64,000 nucleotides of DNA from Callorhinchus milii (taxonomy: Eukaryota), in contig NW_024704793.1 in the NCBI RefSeq assembly GCF_018977255.1, positions 62,001 to 126,000 of the forward strand. Direction: 5' to 3'. Both the position numbers and the translations under genes were made by a program. Shown here piece by piece: positions 34,131 through 48,377 of this stretch. Numbering within the stretch: position 1 is the first letter of the stretch; each line of letters starts with the position of its first letter. The notes below the pieces were generated by a model. That model was not told the DNA's origin. It saw only the letters and a list, made by a program, of their open reading frames with translations, and searched no databases.

Positions 34131-35889
34131 CATGAGTTTTCATAAAAGACTTTCACCTACAACATATGCTGCAAAAAATTATCAAATCTCGTTTCTTCCT
34201 GTACGTCATTAAAGAAGCCGCGGTTCAGAATTTGCTCTCAAGAAGAATAGATGGACAGATCAGGGTCAGGCAAAACTTGCTAAAGAAACTGTTTTCGTAG
34301 ATTCTCAGTTCATGGTTATATTTTTTATATTTGAACAAGTTATAGAAGATTGGCTTCACAGATGTGCAGCGGATGAGAGTTGATGCCGGGGATGAAGACA
34401 ATGCTGACCAAGGTCACAGTTAGTTTAGTAACAATATCAAAAACAACTTGCATTCATATGGCACTACTTATGAACGGTAGCACCCCAGAGTCCTTGATGA
34501 TGCCGATCCTGGGGTAGGGGGAAGATGACTCTCGGCATGATGGAAGTGGAGGTTCCTCAGTCGCGACCTGAATACTGGGAGGAAAGGGATATGGCGGCGG
34601 GATAGAGGAAGAATGAATTTCGGGGCCTAGCAGCTGAAAGTGCAGCCATCAGTGATAGATATAATTGCGCCAAAGAAGAGAGTCATGAGCACATGATTTC
34701 TGCAGTTATAGATCTAATACTGAGCCAATTCTCATTCCCAACTTGAATGCTGGTAAATAATACGAATTTGTCAGCATAATATTTCTGTCGATGATAGAAC
34801 AGTCGAAACTGATATTCTTCTCCTGTTTGTTCCTGCACCTGATGATATGTTTCTCAAAGATTGATCTAAATCTTTGCTCACCAGATGTTCACTGTTGTTC
34901 AATTGCTTGTCAGATATAATAAAATACAAATGCCCACTGTCGGCTGTCACTTTTGCAGAATGCATTGGGGGCGTTATTCTTGAACAAAAAGGATCACCAC
35001 CGCAACGTGGTGGAAAATATTCTCAGATATACTAAACCTTCAGTTTTATTTGCAACAAATAAATTTGCAGTGTTACGTGATACTGTGATATCACAGGAGC
35101 AAAAGCCAACATTCATGTTGTTCGGGTATTTAGCAAGGATAAACCCAGGATCTACTCTTCATGGGACTGGCGCTTTGCAACCCAATCCATGGATCTGTTG
35201 TTTCACCTCAGTATTTTTAAACTTCACTTCCAGATGAATGGTAATTTTTTAAATAACCAGTTTGGCTTTGTTTGATTTTCATACGTAGTTTAAGTTTATT
35301 TTGATGATTGATGAAATATTGCACGTAATTGGGATGTTAATTAATTTGATAATTCGTTATTTTTCCAGGGTCGATCATCTCACAATAATCAATAATTTTA
35401 GCCTCGATAATGGGTAGAACCAGGGTACCAGATCATTCAAATGTGGATCAGTGACCCATAACTGAGAGTGAAGCAGGAAGTGGATGGTGTTATCTCATCT
35501 GCATCTCTTTGGTCTTGACTGAACTCTACATTTTATACCGGAATGTTGGTTATTCTAAAGCGCAGCCCAATGCGATATCGCATATAGCCTTCATCATTTA
35601 ACTTCGCTGAGAACGTGATAGCTCCTGTTATCATGACTTGACCTAATGGGTTAAAGATCATAGACTTTATGTGTGAAAAACGTTTAACAGCTGTGTGTAG
35701 ACTGGCAGATCGCTGAAAAAAGCATCCTAACCACAATATTGCCCACCACTTTTGCTTATTAGTAGGCCATTTCAGGAAAACAGTGAAATATTCGCTAAAC
35801 AATTTGAGTAAACGTTGATATTTGTATAAGGAACAACTGGTGTAAAACAAACTTGCAAAAGTGACATCTAAAAATAATATGGTAACATG

Positions 35890-36300
35890 AGAACCTAAGA
35901 AATGCTAGAGAGCAAAAAAAGACAGAGGTCCATCGTGTTCATCTTCCACTTTCCTGGTTGTCGCATGTACATATGACAAGAACTTCCTATGTGCTGTATC
36001 CCGTAATGCCATTTCCTAAAAGAAAACTCTCTAATCTGTGTTTGAAGGGATCAACATTTCCTGCTTCACCTTTCTCCCCAGGGAGCTTGTTCCATAGGTT
36101 TACTATTCGCTCACTGAAATATTCTTTCAGCAGTTTCATTCTGAATTTACTTTACTTCATTCGTCGGACTTGTCGGTTGATTTTACTGTTCTTGACTGTT
36201 TGAAATAGTGTGGCATAATTTACGTTGTTTAGCTACTTATGATTCGTAATATCAATCATATCGCCTCTGAATATTCTCTTTTCCAGCGAGAACAATCCCA
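35890..36300 (-). mobile_element. CR1 3' fragment
   Basis: Reverse complement of ttcagtgagcgaatagtaaacctatggaacaagctccc; same subfamily as 44780-45060 and 46090-46385. Confidence 0.8.
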
Positions 36301-37059
36301 TTTACGTGAGACTCATAGGTGAAAATAGACAGAACTGGTGTCTGCAACAAAACAAACTTATGCTAACGTAAAACAGGTATCATTGTTTATAAAATAAGCA
36401 ACGAGACGTGATCAGGAAAAATACGGATATATAAATTAAATGCAGAATTATGTATCACTGTTCATTATTGTTTTATTATTTAATAAAACTAATATATTTC
36501 CTGCAACGTTGAAGATCATAGAACTGATGTATGGGAAAATCTTAACAGTAGTGTTGAGAACAGACCCCGAACAAAGGATCCGAACTAAAATACTGTGAAA
36601 CGGGGCTTGTGAAACTGAAAAGTTATTGGCCTCGTTCACGCTGGAAACTGGGTCTGTTATTCAGACTATTCCCAAATCGGCAGAGGATGATAATAATAAT
36701 CCCAGCAGCTGTTATAGCACCTGATCACGTCTTCGAGACAACAGCAAAGGATAATAAGTTCAAATTGTAATGCCGACTTTCAAATCAGGAGGTCATCTCA
36801 ATTTGCTTCACAGGACGTACTGCAAAAGGAATCGACTGTACACTGTGTCACCGAAACTGGAAGCCAGTTGACCACCTCAGTGTCCCACAAGCAGTGCTGG
36901 GTTGACCGCACAAATAATTTTTATATTGTGTACAGTTGTAGACGAGATTATTTTCTCCAAGCAAAGGAATACGCCAAGCAAATATCCAGGTTCCTACTTA
37001 CTGCTTGCAGAATAGAGGCATTTGGAGATAATAAACGTGCCCAATATTTTACTCTAACC

Positions 37060-37135
37060 AGGAGGCGAACCTAGATCATGTCGCTTGTGCTTCTAGTGCT
37101 CTAACCACTCGTCTACAAGACTCCGAAAATATCAA
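37060..37135 (-). mobile_element. SINE tRNA-like head remnant
   Basis: Reverse complement reads ggagtcttgtagacgagtggttagagcactagaagcacaagcga. Confidence 0.6.
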
Positions 37136-37638
37136 CCTCCTGTAAAAAGTAGCCAGTTGAAGAAATTCAAACATAATAAGAAAAGCAGAAGACATGAGTA
37201 TGAAATGTGGCAGTGTTATTCCTCTGGCTGATTCGTCAATAAAAACTACTGAAAAATACATCTATGGAGCGATTCACACGACAGTATTATTATTTTAGCA
37301 AGCATGTTGGCTGAGTGTATTACATCAGCTATGAAACAAAGAGTCGAAATATAGATAGTAAAGTGCATCGCGTAAATGACAACATCTTGTTTTTCATACA
37401 GCCCCTGTTACAACTTGTAAAAACATGTACAATTCCCTCTTGATATTCTTTAGCAGCTGTCTTCAATTATTTGCTCATTCGACTGTAATCATTTTCGGCG
37501 ATCACACCATCAAACTAATCAACTGGGGAAATTCCTCTGCTATATTAATGCTTTTTTGACACCGACATTCAACAATTGAAGACGGAGCGTTTGTGCGTTT
37601 GTGGTCAACACAAACACTCAGTATCGGACTCAACAAAA

Positions 37639-37720
37639 ATGAGTGGAATTGACTTGAATGAAATTATTGTTCAGATAGAACCGATATACTACGCAATCGT
37701 TGCAGCTATTGGCGTTCCAG
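37639..37720 (+). CDS. GPCR-B exon 1: MSGIDLNEIIVQIEPIYYAIVAAIGVP(V)
   Basis: 82-nt exon with donor CCA G|GTAATT, in phase with exon 2. The IYY..xAxIGVP TM1 start is typical of this family. Confidence 0.88.
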
Positions 37721-38649
37721 GTAATTCAATATAACTTCTTATTTTGGTTTAATCAATGATTTTCTAAACTTTGCCCATTCATCCCTATTTCTCGATGCCA
37801 GCACTCAAGTTTCCACATTTTTTATCTTCAGTGTAATACGATTCAACGAGTAAAATCACAACTTTGGTCACTGATTTTATGTGATTAATTCGTCAGTTAA
37901 TTTCGGAGCTCAGTTTAAACGAAATGATCCTATACACGAGCATTAGCCATTATACGTGGATAATTTATGTGATTCCGCATCTGATCAGTAAATAATAAAC
38001 TGAATAAATTCACGGCAGTGAATAGTGAGGAGGACGGCAGGAGCCTCCAGAAAGATACAAAAGGCTGGTAGAAATGAGCCTCGCATTTCAATTGACAATT
38101 AATCACATCGCTTCACAAAATATATTTTAATCTGTATTGATTCCGTATTTTTTCGGCGAAACACAGCAGCTAATTGCTCAGCAGTGTCGCACAAACAGAC
38201 TTGGGACGAGTAACATTTTCGGGTTTCGAAGCGATTATAAGTACCAGAAAAATTAATCACCAATCCACTCACAGCAGTTTCTACTGACTGCTCGGCAAAC
38301 ATAGGCATGTGGAGGAAGAAAACTTGACAAATGTATCGTGCCACCTGGGAAACGAATCTGCTCAATCTCAACTTTGTGCTGTTACCGTTCATCCCATCTA
38401 CACCTCTCTCCTAAGCACAACTATACAACTGATTTGTCAACCGCTGCCTTTTGTTAAATTCAATGCAAATTGAAGAGGAAGGTCGTGAGGAACCATCAAC
38501 ATTGCTCATAAAACAGCAATGGAGGAGAGTTTATTCAGGGTCCCAACAACTCTGTGTCGAAAGAAAACGGCCGCAGCTGGTCAATCTTGGAGCCTCTGGC
38601 ACTAAGTTCCAGAGAGTAAGGAAATAAGCTTAGATCTCGAAGACCAATT

Positions 38650-38960
38650 GTTAGGCAGAGAGGAGTATAGGAGCTGCTGCAGATTGGAGTCCGCTGTGAG
38701 GACAGTGCAGTTGGTATAGTAAGGTTTGAAAAGCTTCCCCATGGTGGGATTTGAAGTTTAGTCCGGGGATGTTAATCTCGATCCGCTTGAGAACGGGGAG
38801 CCAGGCGAGCCGGGTTAGCATGGGAGCATGGACTCGGAGAGCCAATTCTGGAACAGACACAAGCCGAAGAGGTCCAGGTGGTCTACAGTGAATTGAGGAA
38901 TTGGGCAGTCCAGCAAAATGTGAAATCAAGCCTTGGTGTCGTGAAACATGGAATGTCCTG
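38650..38960 (-). mobile_element. L2 RT C-terminal fragment
   Basis: LTRLAWLPVLKRIEINIPGLNFKSHHG. Confidence 0.75.
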
Positions 38961-40343
38961 GCAGCCTCCCTATCTCTTTAACTTCTAACCTACCTTCCTC
39001 GCTGATATGCTGAATCGATTGGCCTCCCACCTGCCGTCTTTGCTCACTAAAAATTCGTTGAAAAAATACCTCCGGTCAATCAGTCAGTTTTCTCTTTAAC
39101 AACACTGACACCTTCACAGTCAAAGTCATTAATGTCATTATTTCCTTACCCTGCCTTTTTTTTTCCTTATTCCCACTTTGTCCTTTGATTTAGTTCACCA
39201 CCCAATCGATTGCATTCCCTGTCTGCTCACCTCAGGTAGGGAGGCGCCGTTGGTGAATGTACTTGTAAGACAAGTGAGAGGATCGTGAAATCGATCCATT
39301 TTTTGATAGACAACCAGTGTAGCCTCACAAGCACAGGTGGAATGGGAGTATGGAATTGAGCGTTGGGCAATATACAGGCTGCAGATTACTAGTTGGAATC
39401 GAAACTCAATTTTTCATTTCAAAAGATAAGTTGGAAGTATTTCAACGAATTATTGAATCGATGAACTAGTTTTATTTGGCAATACTTTTGAAACTATCTT
39501 GGATATTTAACAATCTGAAAAATCGGTGACTAAACTTTAAATAAAATACCAACTGGATTTCCCCATCACTATCAGTGATGAATCGCTGCTTATTATAATT
39601 TACGCTTCTCGTACTGCGCACTGCCACATTAATGAGACATGCAAAACTGCATCACAGTATTATTTTTGAAATGAACCTTGTGGAGTTGTTGGAAAACTTG
39701 GCATACAAATTGCTCAAAGCAGTAAAAACAACAGATATCTAAGAAATGATCTTATTTTATATTTATATTTTATATTTTACGCCTCATGCTTTGCCAGCTA
39801 CCATCTTAAATTATGTCTCGAACGCCAAATTAAGAGAACTGTCTGTTTTGTAATGCTCACGAGTTGCTGGAGATGTGTTACCTAAGTTTTTAAATGTTGC
39901 ACTTGAAAATCACTTAATCAAAATCAAAGTCATCCAGTATTAATGCTATTTTGTAAATTATTTCTAGCAAACCGGTGTTAGAAACCGGTGTATACTAGAT
40001 ACACACATTTGTTCACAAAAGATTAAGTAGAAACTCTGTAGTTATTTGATTGTCGTATTGAATTTCCGAGTGGAATAATTCCGTAAAAAAGTTCATTCAA
40101 TCCACGACTGTATTTCCGACAGTACTGTGACGCTTTTTACCGACAGCACACAAAAGTCAATTAAATTTACAGTATCTTCTGCGATGCACTTGAAAACGTC
40201 TCTGCAAAGCAGTGTAGTGCTGCATGATTTGGAAAGATAATTATTTGTCAAATATTGAACTCCATTCGAAGCATTCATTATCGAAACTAGGACCTTAATT
40301 TCCTAATCTGTATCTGAGCCTATTCATGATTTATTCTTTGTAG

Positions 40344-41245
40344 TTAACTTGGTGACGATCGTGATCCTGTCTCGAGGAAAGTGCGGTCTCTCCACATGTG
40401 TCACTCGGTACCTGGTGGCCATGGCAGTGGCAGACCTGCTGGTGGTGATCACTGATGTGATATGGAAGCGTATTTCAGAAAACTATCCGTGGCAATTTAA
40501 TTTCATTAACCTGACTCCTATCTGTTGCATCTGTGAGGTGCTATTTCATGCAACCACCACCTGTTCTGTTTGGCTCACAGTCGCTTTCACCTTTGATCGA
40601 TTTGTAGCAATTTGTCATCAGAAACTTAAAAGCAAATACTGCACCGAGAAAACAGCGACTGTGATCATTGTGGCGATCTGTGTGTTCAGCTGTGTGATCA
40701 ACATACCCTGGTACCTCGAAATTCAACCGCTATTTATAATTAACAACACGCCTTGGTTTTGTGTTGATAAACCAAGTTTTTATTATTCATGGATATGGAC
40801 CGCTTTTTCGTTGTTTCACTGCATTTTAACGCCATTTATCCCATTTGTTCTCATTTTGCTGCTCAATGTTCTGACCATCAGATATATCTTAGTGACCAAT
40901 GCTGCACGGAGAAGGCTCCGAGGCCACAGCAACGGGGAAAATCAGAAAGATCCAGAAATGCAGAATCGTAGAAAATCCATCATTTTGCTGTTTACAGTAA
41001 CGGGGAGTTTTATATGCTTATGGGTGACATATGTGATAGCTTATATTCAATATGAAATAGAATTTGCGACTCATAATAATACTGGTCACTCTTGGAGAGC
41101 TCTGCAGTTTGGAGATATGCTTCGGCTTTTCAGCTGCTCTACAAATACATGCATTTATGCTTTGACACAAACAAAATTCAGAAAACAGCTGATGAATATG
41201 GTTAAATACCCGTTTTCTCAAATACGCATTCTGTTCAGAAAATAA
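40344..41245 (+). CDS. GPCR-B exon 2: class A 7TM receptor, GPR139/GPR142-like family
   Basis: Acceptor TTCTTTGTAG|TT. Motifs NLVTIVILSRGKCGLS, YLVAMAVADLLV, AFTFDRFVAICH, PWFC, RRKSIILLF, STNTCIY; predicted protein 327 aa. Confidence 0.93.
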
Positions 41246-41764
41246 TAATTTATTGCCTAAAAAGAACAATATCCATCGAGTTCGCCATCCATTTTCTTGC
41301 GGGAAGCCTGACATGTTGTCTCCCAAACTATATGCTGCATATTGTGTGTTTGTCCGTGCGCGCGTGTGTGAGTGTGTGCGTTTTCCGTAGGTGGAGCGTA
41401 TCATAAGATATTATTTTCCTGCAGAAATCTATCTATATTTTTCTTGAAATCAATATTCTCTGCTTTCATTTTCTCCCTAGAAACCTGTTCTCTTGAAAAC
41501 GCTTGAACTTGAAGTTGAAATGTATATATTCCCGTACCGTCTGTCTGTATTTACTCACTGCCTTAACCAGCCAATTAATAAAGCATCACCTAATTTGAAT
41601 AAAAAAACACTCCTGCTTCATCTTTCATTATCTTTTTCTTCAAAAGATTGGTAATTCAAGCAGTCTGTGTGAAATGCAACTTCCGAGGTAGCAGCAAAGC
41701 TCGAGTTTGATATGATATCAGCGCCTGGTGACTTCCACCCAACGTGAAAGTTGTGAAACAAACA

Positions 41765-42270
41765 AAATAACATAACATTAGGCTTCGTAGCAAGAGTAGG
41801 CCATTCGCACTTCGAGCCTTCCACAACATTCAATCACGGCAGATCTTCTAATTTACCTCCAGTTAATAACCTAACCCGGCCTTAACCCCAGACCCCTTAA
41901 TCCCCTTTGCAATAAGACTTCTATCTTTCTCAGTCTTGAATATGTTGAACGACTGAGCGTAAACTGCACTTTGGAGTAGTGAGATCCGTACATTCACTAC
42001 CCTTTGAGTGAAGAAGTTCTTCTTCAACTCAGTGCGAAAGAGCTGGTCTCTGATTTTAAATTGGTGTCCACTGGTATTGTTTCCTCCAAACAGGGGAAAC
42101 AATCTCCCACTATCCACTCCATCATGCCCTTTGATGATCTTACAGGTTTCGATAAGATCCCCTCGAATTCTTCTATATTGTAGAGAATATGGGCCGAAAT
42201 TGGTCAGCGTATCCTCGTAAGTCATCCCCTTCATCACTGGTACTAACCTAATAAATCTACGCTGCCAGCA
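41765..42270 (-). mobile_element. CR1 LINE 3' end
   Basis: RRFIRLVPVMKGMTYEDTL..YSLQYRRIRGDLIETCKII...KKNFFTQRVVNV. Confidence 0.9.
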
Positions 42271-42609
42271 ACATCTTGTGTCAGCAAGATGACATCTTGT
42301 GTCAGCAAGACACATCGGTTACCTGACAGCAAACTGAATGTTTTAAGACGTCGTCAGAAAACAAAAGCCATGATAACAATGTTAATTTATATTGTTCAAT
42401 ACATTAGTCTGGAAGTTATGTTCCGCAATTCGTCAAATAATTTCTTTCAAATTCTATATCAATTTAGAATAATCTATCGCCTTTCGATTTGTGAATTCAA
42501 CGCAAAACGGTTAGCAATAAGAAGAAAACCAAGCTGGGAATTAGAAATATGCGAGGATCGAAAGTAAATATTCTTCCCCAGCGCCGGCAAAGAGACAGGT
42601 CCTGAGAGA

Positions 42610-43400
42610 GACTTGAATGAGGTCAGACAAGATGAGTCAAACCAACTCTGATACGGAGTTTGATAGAGTTCTTGATGTTCTGCCGGTGGTACAGGGCAGA
42701 GCTGGGGAAGCTCACAATCACAACGTTAATGTTCTCATGTCGTTGTGGAGTAGACAAGACAAATATCTTGCAATCATAAAGCGCCCCTCACTGAGGGCAG
42801 CAATTCAGAGCGCTGGACAGTGGTGGAGCACAACTAATAGCCAGGGGATGCGGGAGGTGACTCCAGGTACGGTCGAACAGAAACATATTCAGAGGGTCCA
42901 GATGACGGAAGGCAAGGTGTAAAGCAAAGGGACTGAGTAAAAGAGTTCTCGAGCTTCGGGTCTTACTGGCTGAACCGGTGGACACCAATGGATAACAAGG
43001 ATCAAGCGGCATATGGAGAAGGCTGTAAGCAGTCGAACAGAGGCAGCCGGTTTTGCGTTGGGGGCTAACCAGGTCAGAAAAATATGGATGAACGAGGGCT
43101 TTAAGGGGCTTGAAAACGAATGTGAGGATCATACCTGGACCAGTTCGATGACGGGGAGCATTCCAGCTTCGTTAAAACTGGTCAGATCCGTTTAAGAATT
43201 AGTATGCGGGCAGCGTAGTTTTGGATGAGTTTGATCCTGTGCATGGTGGTGCTGGGGAGACCGGCAAACAGGGTATTTTAGAAGTCCAGTCGGGAGATGA
43301 CAAATGCAAACTCGAGTGGGTAACAAGAATGATAGAGGAGACAGAGGGAAACATGGAAACACGAGTATGCCATTCTGCCCCTCTTGCCTGTTCCGCATTT
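42610..43400 (-). mobile_element. L2-type LINE 3' fragment with a distinctive 3' region; related copies at 45425-45600, 48930-49390 and 54010-54520
   Basis: ILTFVFKPLKALVHPYFSDLV is an L2 C-terminal motif. The copies share ctgccggt(g/t)gtgcagggcagagctggggaagctcac. Confidence 0.75.
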
Positions 43401-43439
43401 TACGGAGCAGGACTGGTTACCACCTCCAGTCCAATTAAC

Positions 43440-44080
43440 CAATTAACCATCATTTTGCTAAATCTGCGATATACGCTTTCCAGAAACATGATATCCTTCC
43501 TGGTGTGTGATGCCCAAACATTGCATGTAGTCTTCTGATGAGAACAGACCAATGCTCTCTATATTTGAGGCGTAATTTGCTCTCCTGTGTATTCCAGCCT
43601 CCATGACATAGAGGCCAACATCCCACTTGTCAACTTCATACTTTTTGTAGCTTTGAAGCTGTATTTATTTAGCTGTGCAGGTGAAATCTTCAACGACCGT
43701 GGTCTAACCACTGAAATCTGGAAAACCAATGTGCAACCTAGGCCGCTGACGCTTTTCTCAGGTGAAACAATTGACTTGCATTTGGTTTGCGAACAAGGGT
43801 ACTTTCCTTTGCATCCACCACTTTGCCTGCCTATTCCTTTACCTCTCAACAAATTCATGCCAAAATGGTTTTCATTGCTATTGTCAGATTCCGACTTGAA
43901 TTCTTTTACACAATTATCCTTGGTGTTACCAGTTCCACTGACCACCAAGTCCAAATACCAAAACTGTTAACAGCCAATATACTCGCTATTATCAAAGCTT
44001 CCATGTTCATCACTCAATTCTTCATCAGTTTATACTGTACTTTTCCCTTTGAACATTGCATTCAACTCCATCAACTTACA
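43440..44080 (-). mobile_element. CR1 RT fragment
   Basis: SPEKSVSGLG..FQISVVRPRSLKIS..YSFKATKSMKL and SMSWRLEY are CR1 post-RT motifs. Confidence 0.75.
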
Positions 44081-44299
44081 TATTAATTCTTCCACACTGG
44101 AGCACTTCCCTTTCTTTCTGATGTGCAGATGATCCAACCATTGCCCACTATGTGCAGTCGGATAACACAAATTCACTCACCCTTCCTGGCATCACCGGTG
44201 ACATGATCTGTTGTTGGAAAAAATGAATCCTGGGTTCGATCAAAAGACTCAACAAATAATAAATATGGCGTTACAATCCTTTGATTGTTTTATTTCGAC

Positions 44300-45060
44300 A
44301 CACAACATGTATTGTCAATCATACAATACAAAGAAGCGTAAATGATCCAATAACAATATTGGAACAAAAAGATTATATCAATGCATAAGGATTATTTGAA
44401 AATTGGAGTTCAACGGAATGCTTAACGGTACTGAGTATACCAAACAGTGGCTGGAGTTTGATGACCCCTGATGCAGGCAAACGGATTGGTCTTGTGAAAG
44501 AATTAGATAAGTTAAGAGAGGCTTTGAACGAAAACAACATTGTGGTGGATTTACAAAGCGTTTCCAGAATGCCTGAAAGCCCCATGGTGTGGTTGGCAAG
44601 GTGAGTTAATTGAAAAANTTCTGCTAGGCTGGTAATGTTGGAAGATAGGAAGTACATTCGCGGTTGGATATCTGGATGTGGCAGAAGACGTGTGGTAGCG
44701 AATCCACAGGGGAATGGACAGCCAATGGAGGCCAGTTAGTAAGTGGGTCAAAGTCCCGCCGAGCATTTTGTGTAAAGCACAATCTATCGAACACGATTTG
44801 CGTTTGGATGGGGCAAAATTCAGAACGAAACTGTATAAAGACTATTTCAGTGAGCGAACAGTGAACCTGTGGAACAGGCTCCCTACGGAAACGGAAGAAG
44901 CAGGAAGTGTTGATTCTTTCGAAAACAGATGAGACCGTATTATTTTAGGAAAAACGCAATTGGATATAGCTCAAAGCAGTTCGGGACATATGTGCATTCG
45001 ACCGCCAGGAAGTTGGAAGGCGAAATTGGTGGATACTGATCTTTTTCCGTCCATTATTTT
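44300..45060 (+). mobile_element. CR1 fragments (RT 44300-44660; 3' end 44780-45060)
   Basis: gtggatttacaaagcgtttcc (VDFQKAF-like); LRLDGAKFRTKLYKDYFSERTVNLWNRLP. Confidence 0.8.
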
Positions 45061-45077
45061 TCATGCTCTACTATTCA

Positions 45078-45412
45078 GTGGAGTCCTGTAGCTCAGTGGT
45101 TAGAGCACTTGCTTTGCAAGCAAGACACCTGGGTTCAATTCCAGGCAGGGCGAAACCTTGGGCAAGTTTCCTTACTCCACACGCCTAATAATAATCCCTC
45201 CAAAAAACCCAAAACAATAATAAAAATTGGTCATTTTCAATCTACGACTGTTTGTGGGACATTGCTGTGCGCAATTGGCTGCCGCGTTCGCCCACAAATA
45301 TACAGTCAATTCACTTTACAGTATATTCTGTGAAGCGCTTTGGGACGTCCTCCCGACGTGAAAAGCGCTATATCAAATGCAAGGATTATTATTATTATTA
45401 TTATTATTATTC
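45078..45412 (+). mobile_element. Full-length SINE (same family)
   Basis: Head, core and tail are intact, with a long (ATT)n. Confidence 0.92.
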
Positions 45413-46089
45413 ACAAAATACATGAGTTTCCCTGTTCTTGATAGTCTGCCGGTTGTGTAGTGCAGAGCTTTCGTGCTGTTATGCGGATCTTGCCAAATAC
45501 AGCACCCCTCACGCCGGACAGCATTTCGGAGCACTGGACAGAGGCAAAACACGACTCCGGGACAGGGGGAGAGGATCACAGATGAGATCAAAATATCTAT
45601 GTTCTGATGGTCTTATCCCAGGCAGGTATAAATGGCAGTCAAACATATTTAATATCTCTGGGCTTTCCTCCTAATTAAATTGTCAACGTGCAAATTCTCA
45701 ATGGCTCAGATTTTGTCCTACCGTCATTTAAACAAGGATTGAAGTGGCAATAAATTTCTCTCTGAAAGTGTGTGTAATATGGACATGATACATATTATCC
45801 GTGTTGTAAAATGACTCCAGTCCCCAATCAAGTTCCAGGTAGAATCATAGCTCCCCTGGTCACTCTCTCAAGGGAAAGCGGTTACGAAATTATGTCAAAG
45901 CTTCATATTGATCACCGTTTCTCAGTCAGAATTCAACAGTGAATCCAGTTCTGAACTTTGTAACAATCAGAAAATGATCGAATTTTCTTCAGTTGAACAT
46001 CATCTTGACACAACGTCCCTCTTACTGCCAACCGAAAGTTATAGAGTTCTTCAACGAATGAAGGACATGATATCGATTTTTAAAAAAAA

Positions 46090-46385
46090 ATTCAACGCAC
46101 ACTCCAGCGGACACAACTTGCGATTGGATGGGACTAAACTCAAAACCAATCTCTGCAAACAGTATTTCAGTGAGCGAACAGTGAACCAGCGGAACAAGCT
46201 CCCGAGTGAAACGGTTGAGGCAGGAATTGCTGATTCATTCAAACACAGATTAGATAATTTACCTTTAGGAAATAACACAATGGGATTTAGCACATAATAT
46301 TTCGGGACATATGTGCATGCAACCGCCAGCAATTTGGAAGACGAACAAGATGGTCCGTGATCTTTGTTCGTCTAACAATTCTGAT
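46090..46385 (+). mobile_element. CR1 3' end
   Basis: SGHNLRLDGTKLKTNLCKQYFSERTVNQRNKLP and the shared 3' UTR cgggacatatgtgc. Confidence 0.85.
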
Positions 46386-46744
46386 GTTGATATCTTCTGC
46401 AAGCTCATTAGTTAACATATTTGGGGGAGGATAGAATAAGGTGGGATTGCCCATACCCGGTGGAATAAATACTTAGCAAAAACATGGACTTGGAGCAAGG
46501 GTAAAGGGCTGAAAGTCACAAATCTGTAATCAACCTCTGAAACAAAATTTCCGACACTGAGATAAACCTGCAATAAGGATGCCTGCACAGGGCCGCGCAG
46601 ATCATATGGAGCTCTTCATAGTTATTCTGAATATCTGCTTTCAGGAGGTTTTGACCGTCATTCAAGATACTTGAAAGAGCATGGCTCAAAGCATTAAGGT
46701 TAGTCGAAGCGTAAACAAGGGTGTTGTTCTATTTGGACATCAAA

Positions 46745-47425
46745 CACAATAATAATACAAGAACAACAAGATGTCATGCCTACAGCGCCATTACGTCGGC
46801 AAGACGCCGAAGGCGCAGGATTCTGGATTACATTTCAGACCCCAGCTTGTGTCAGGAGGGGAGAAGGGAAGGGAGGTCAAGGTGTGGCCGATGGCATGGT
46901 CGAAGAGGCGGGTCTTGAGGCCGGACTTGAAGGAGGCTAAGGAGTGGGTGAGCGGGAATTATTAGCGGATGGAATTCTACTTGTTTGTGGCATAGTGGCG
47001 GAAGGCTCTCCCGACAATGGTGGGGCAGGTGGGTCCGGGTGGGTTGTTAGGAGCTTATGACGGGTTGGATGTGTTGATAGGGTGTTATGAGGAGTCGGGC
47101 GGTGGTGGTGGGTGTCAGATGGTAGCGGGCTGGTTGGTAGGGTTAAGGAGGGTCCGCATGGATTGATAGGATTTTAGAAGGGTGCGGACTGTTGGTATGC
47201 ATTTAGCAGTGATCTTGGGTGTCGGTAGGGATTAGGAGGGGAAGGTGGTTTAGTAGGCTGTTAGGAGGGCCGTGGGTGTTGGTCGGGTGTTGGAGGCGTC
47301 GGGTAATCTGGAACAAAAATAATATAATCGTAACAATATTAAACTTTGCATTTGGTATAGCGCTTTTCGCTTCTTCTAGATGCTTGAAAGCGCTTCACAG
47401 AATATATTGTAAAGTGAATTGACAC
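46745..47425 (-). mobile_element. L2 3' fragment (46745-47305) plus adjacent SINE tail (47315-47425)
   Basis: Purine-rich L2 antisense pattern (ccggacttgaaggagg, gtggcggaaggctctcc) ending in a stem-loop tail. The SINE tail reverse complement follows. Confidence 0.75.
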
Positions 47426-47444
47426 TCGGTGTTATCTATGTATC

Positions 47445-48295
47445 TGTACTGAGGCCCCCGCTTTTCGTCATATATAAGTGACCTGGACGGAGAAATAGAT
47501 GAATATATATCCAAATCTACAGATCACACAATGATAGATGGTTCAGCAACTTTTTTAGAATGGAGCAAGAAGTTTCAATTGGAATTGTATGGATTAAGTG
47601 AGCTGACAAGGTTGTGGCAAATGGAAGAGCCTATGTATTTAGGTGCACACATGTACAATTAAATAAATAGAGCCTCAATGTTACAAAATATATGGAGTTC
47701 ACAAATACGATGTTGGCCTCGACGTCAAGGAGGCTGGAATACACTGGGGAGTTAATGCCGCCTCAAATATATAGACCATTGATTTGTTCGAATCAGGAAA
47801 GTACATGCAGATTTTGGGCATCACACTTCCGGAAGGATATCATGTTTCTGGAAGGATTATATCGCAGATTTATCAGAATGATGACAGGACGAAAATTGTT
47901 ATTATTGATTATCTATTCGCTTGAATTTAGAAGGTTGAGATTTTAAGTCGATTAACAAAATGGACAAGCGAGACAAAGGTATTCTATTTCCCCTGGTTTG
48001 GGAATTTAGAAAAGAGGATATTATCTTAAAATTAGACCTCGGCTTTTAGTAAAGGTATTAGGAGACAATTTTTCATCTCAAGTGAAGTGGATGTCTGCAA
48101 CTCTCCACCTGAAGGTTGTGCATGCTGAATCTATTCACATCTTCAAGACTGAGGTTCCTCGGTATGATTTAGGTCTGGTTATTAAGGGCTACTGGGTAGG
48201 GTGGTTAATCGGACTGGAGGTGGTAATCAGGAATGGTCTGTAGAATGTGGGCCAGGCTCGAGTGGCAGAATGGCATACTCCTGTTTCTATGTTTC
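47445..48295 (+). mobile_element. CR1 RT C-terminus and 3' UTR
   Basis: TSRRLEYTG..PQIYRPLI...FWASHFRKDIMFLEGLYRRFIRM. Confidence 0.82.
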
Positions 48296-48377
48296 CCTCT
48301 ATCTGCTGAATCATTCTTGTCGCCCACTCGACTTTGCGTCAGTCTCCTCCCGACTGGACTTCTGAACTACTCTCTTT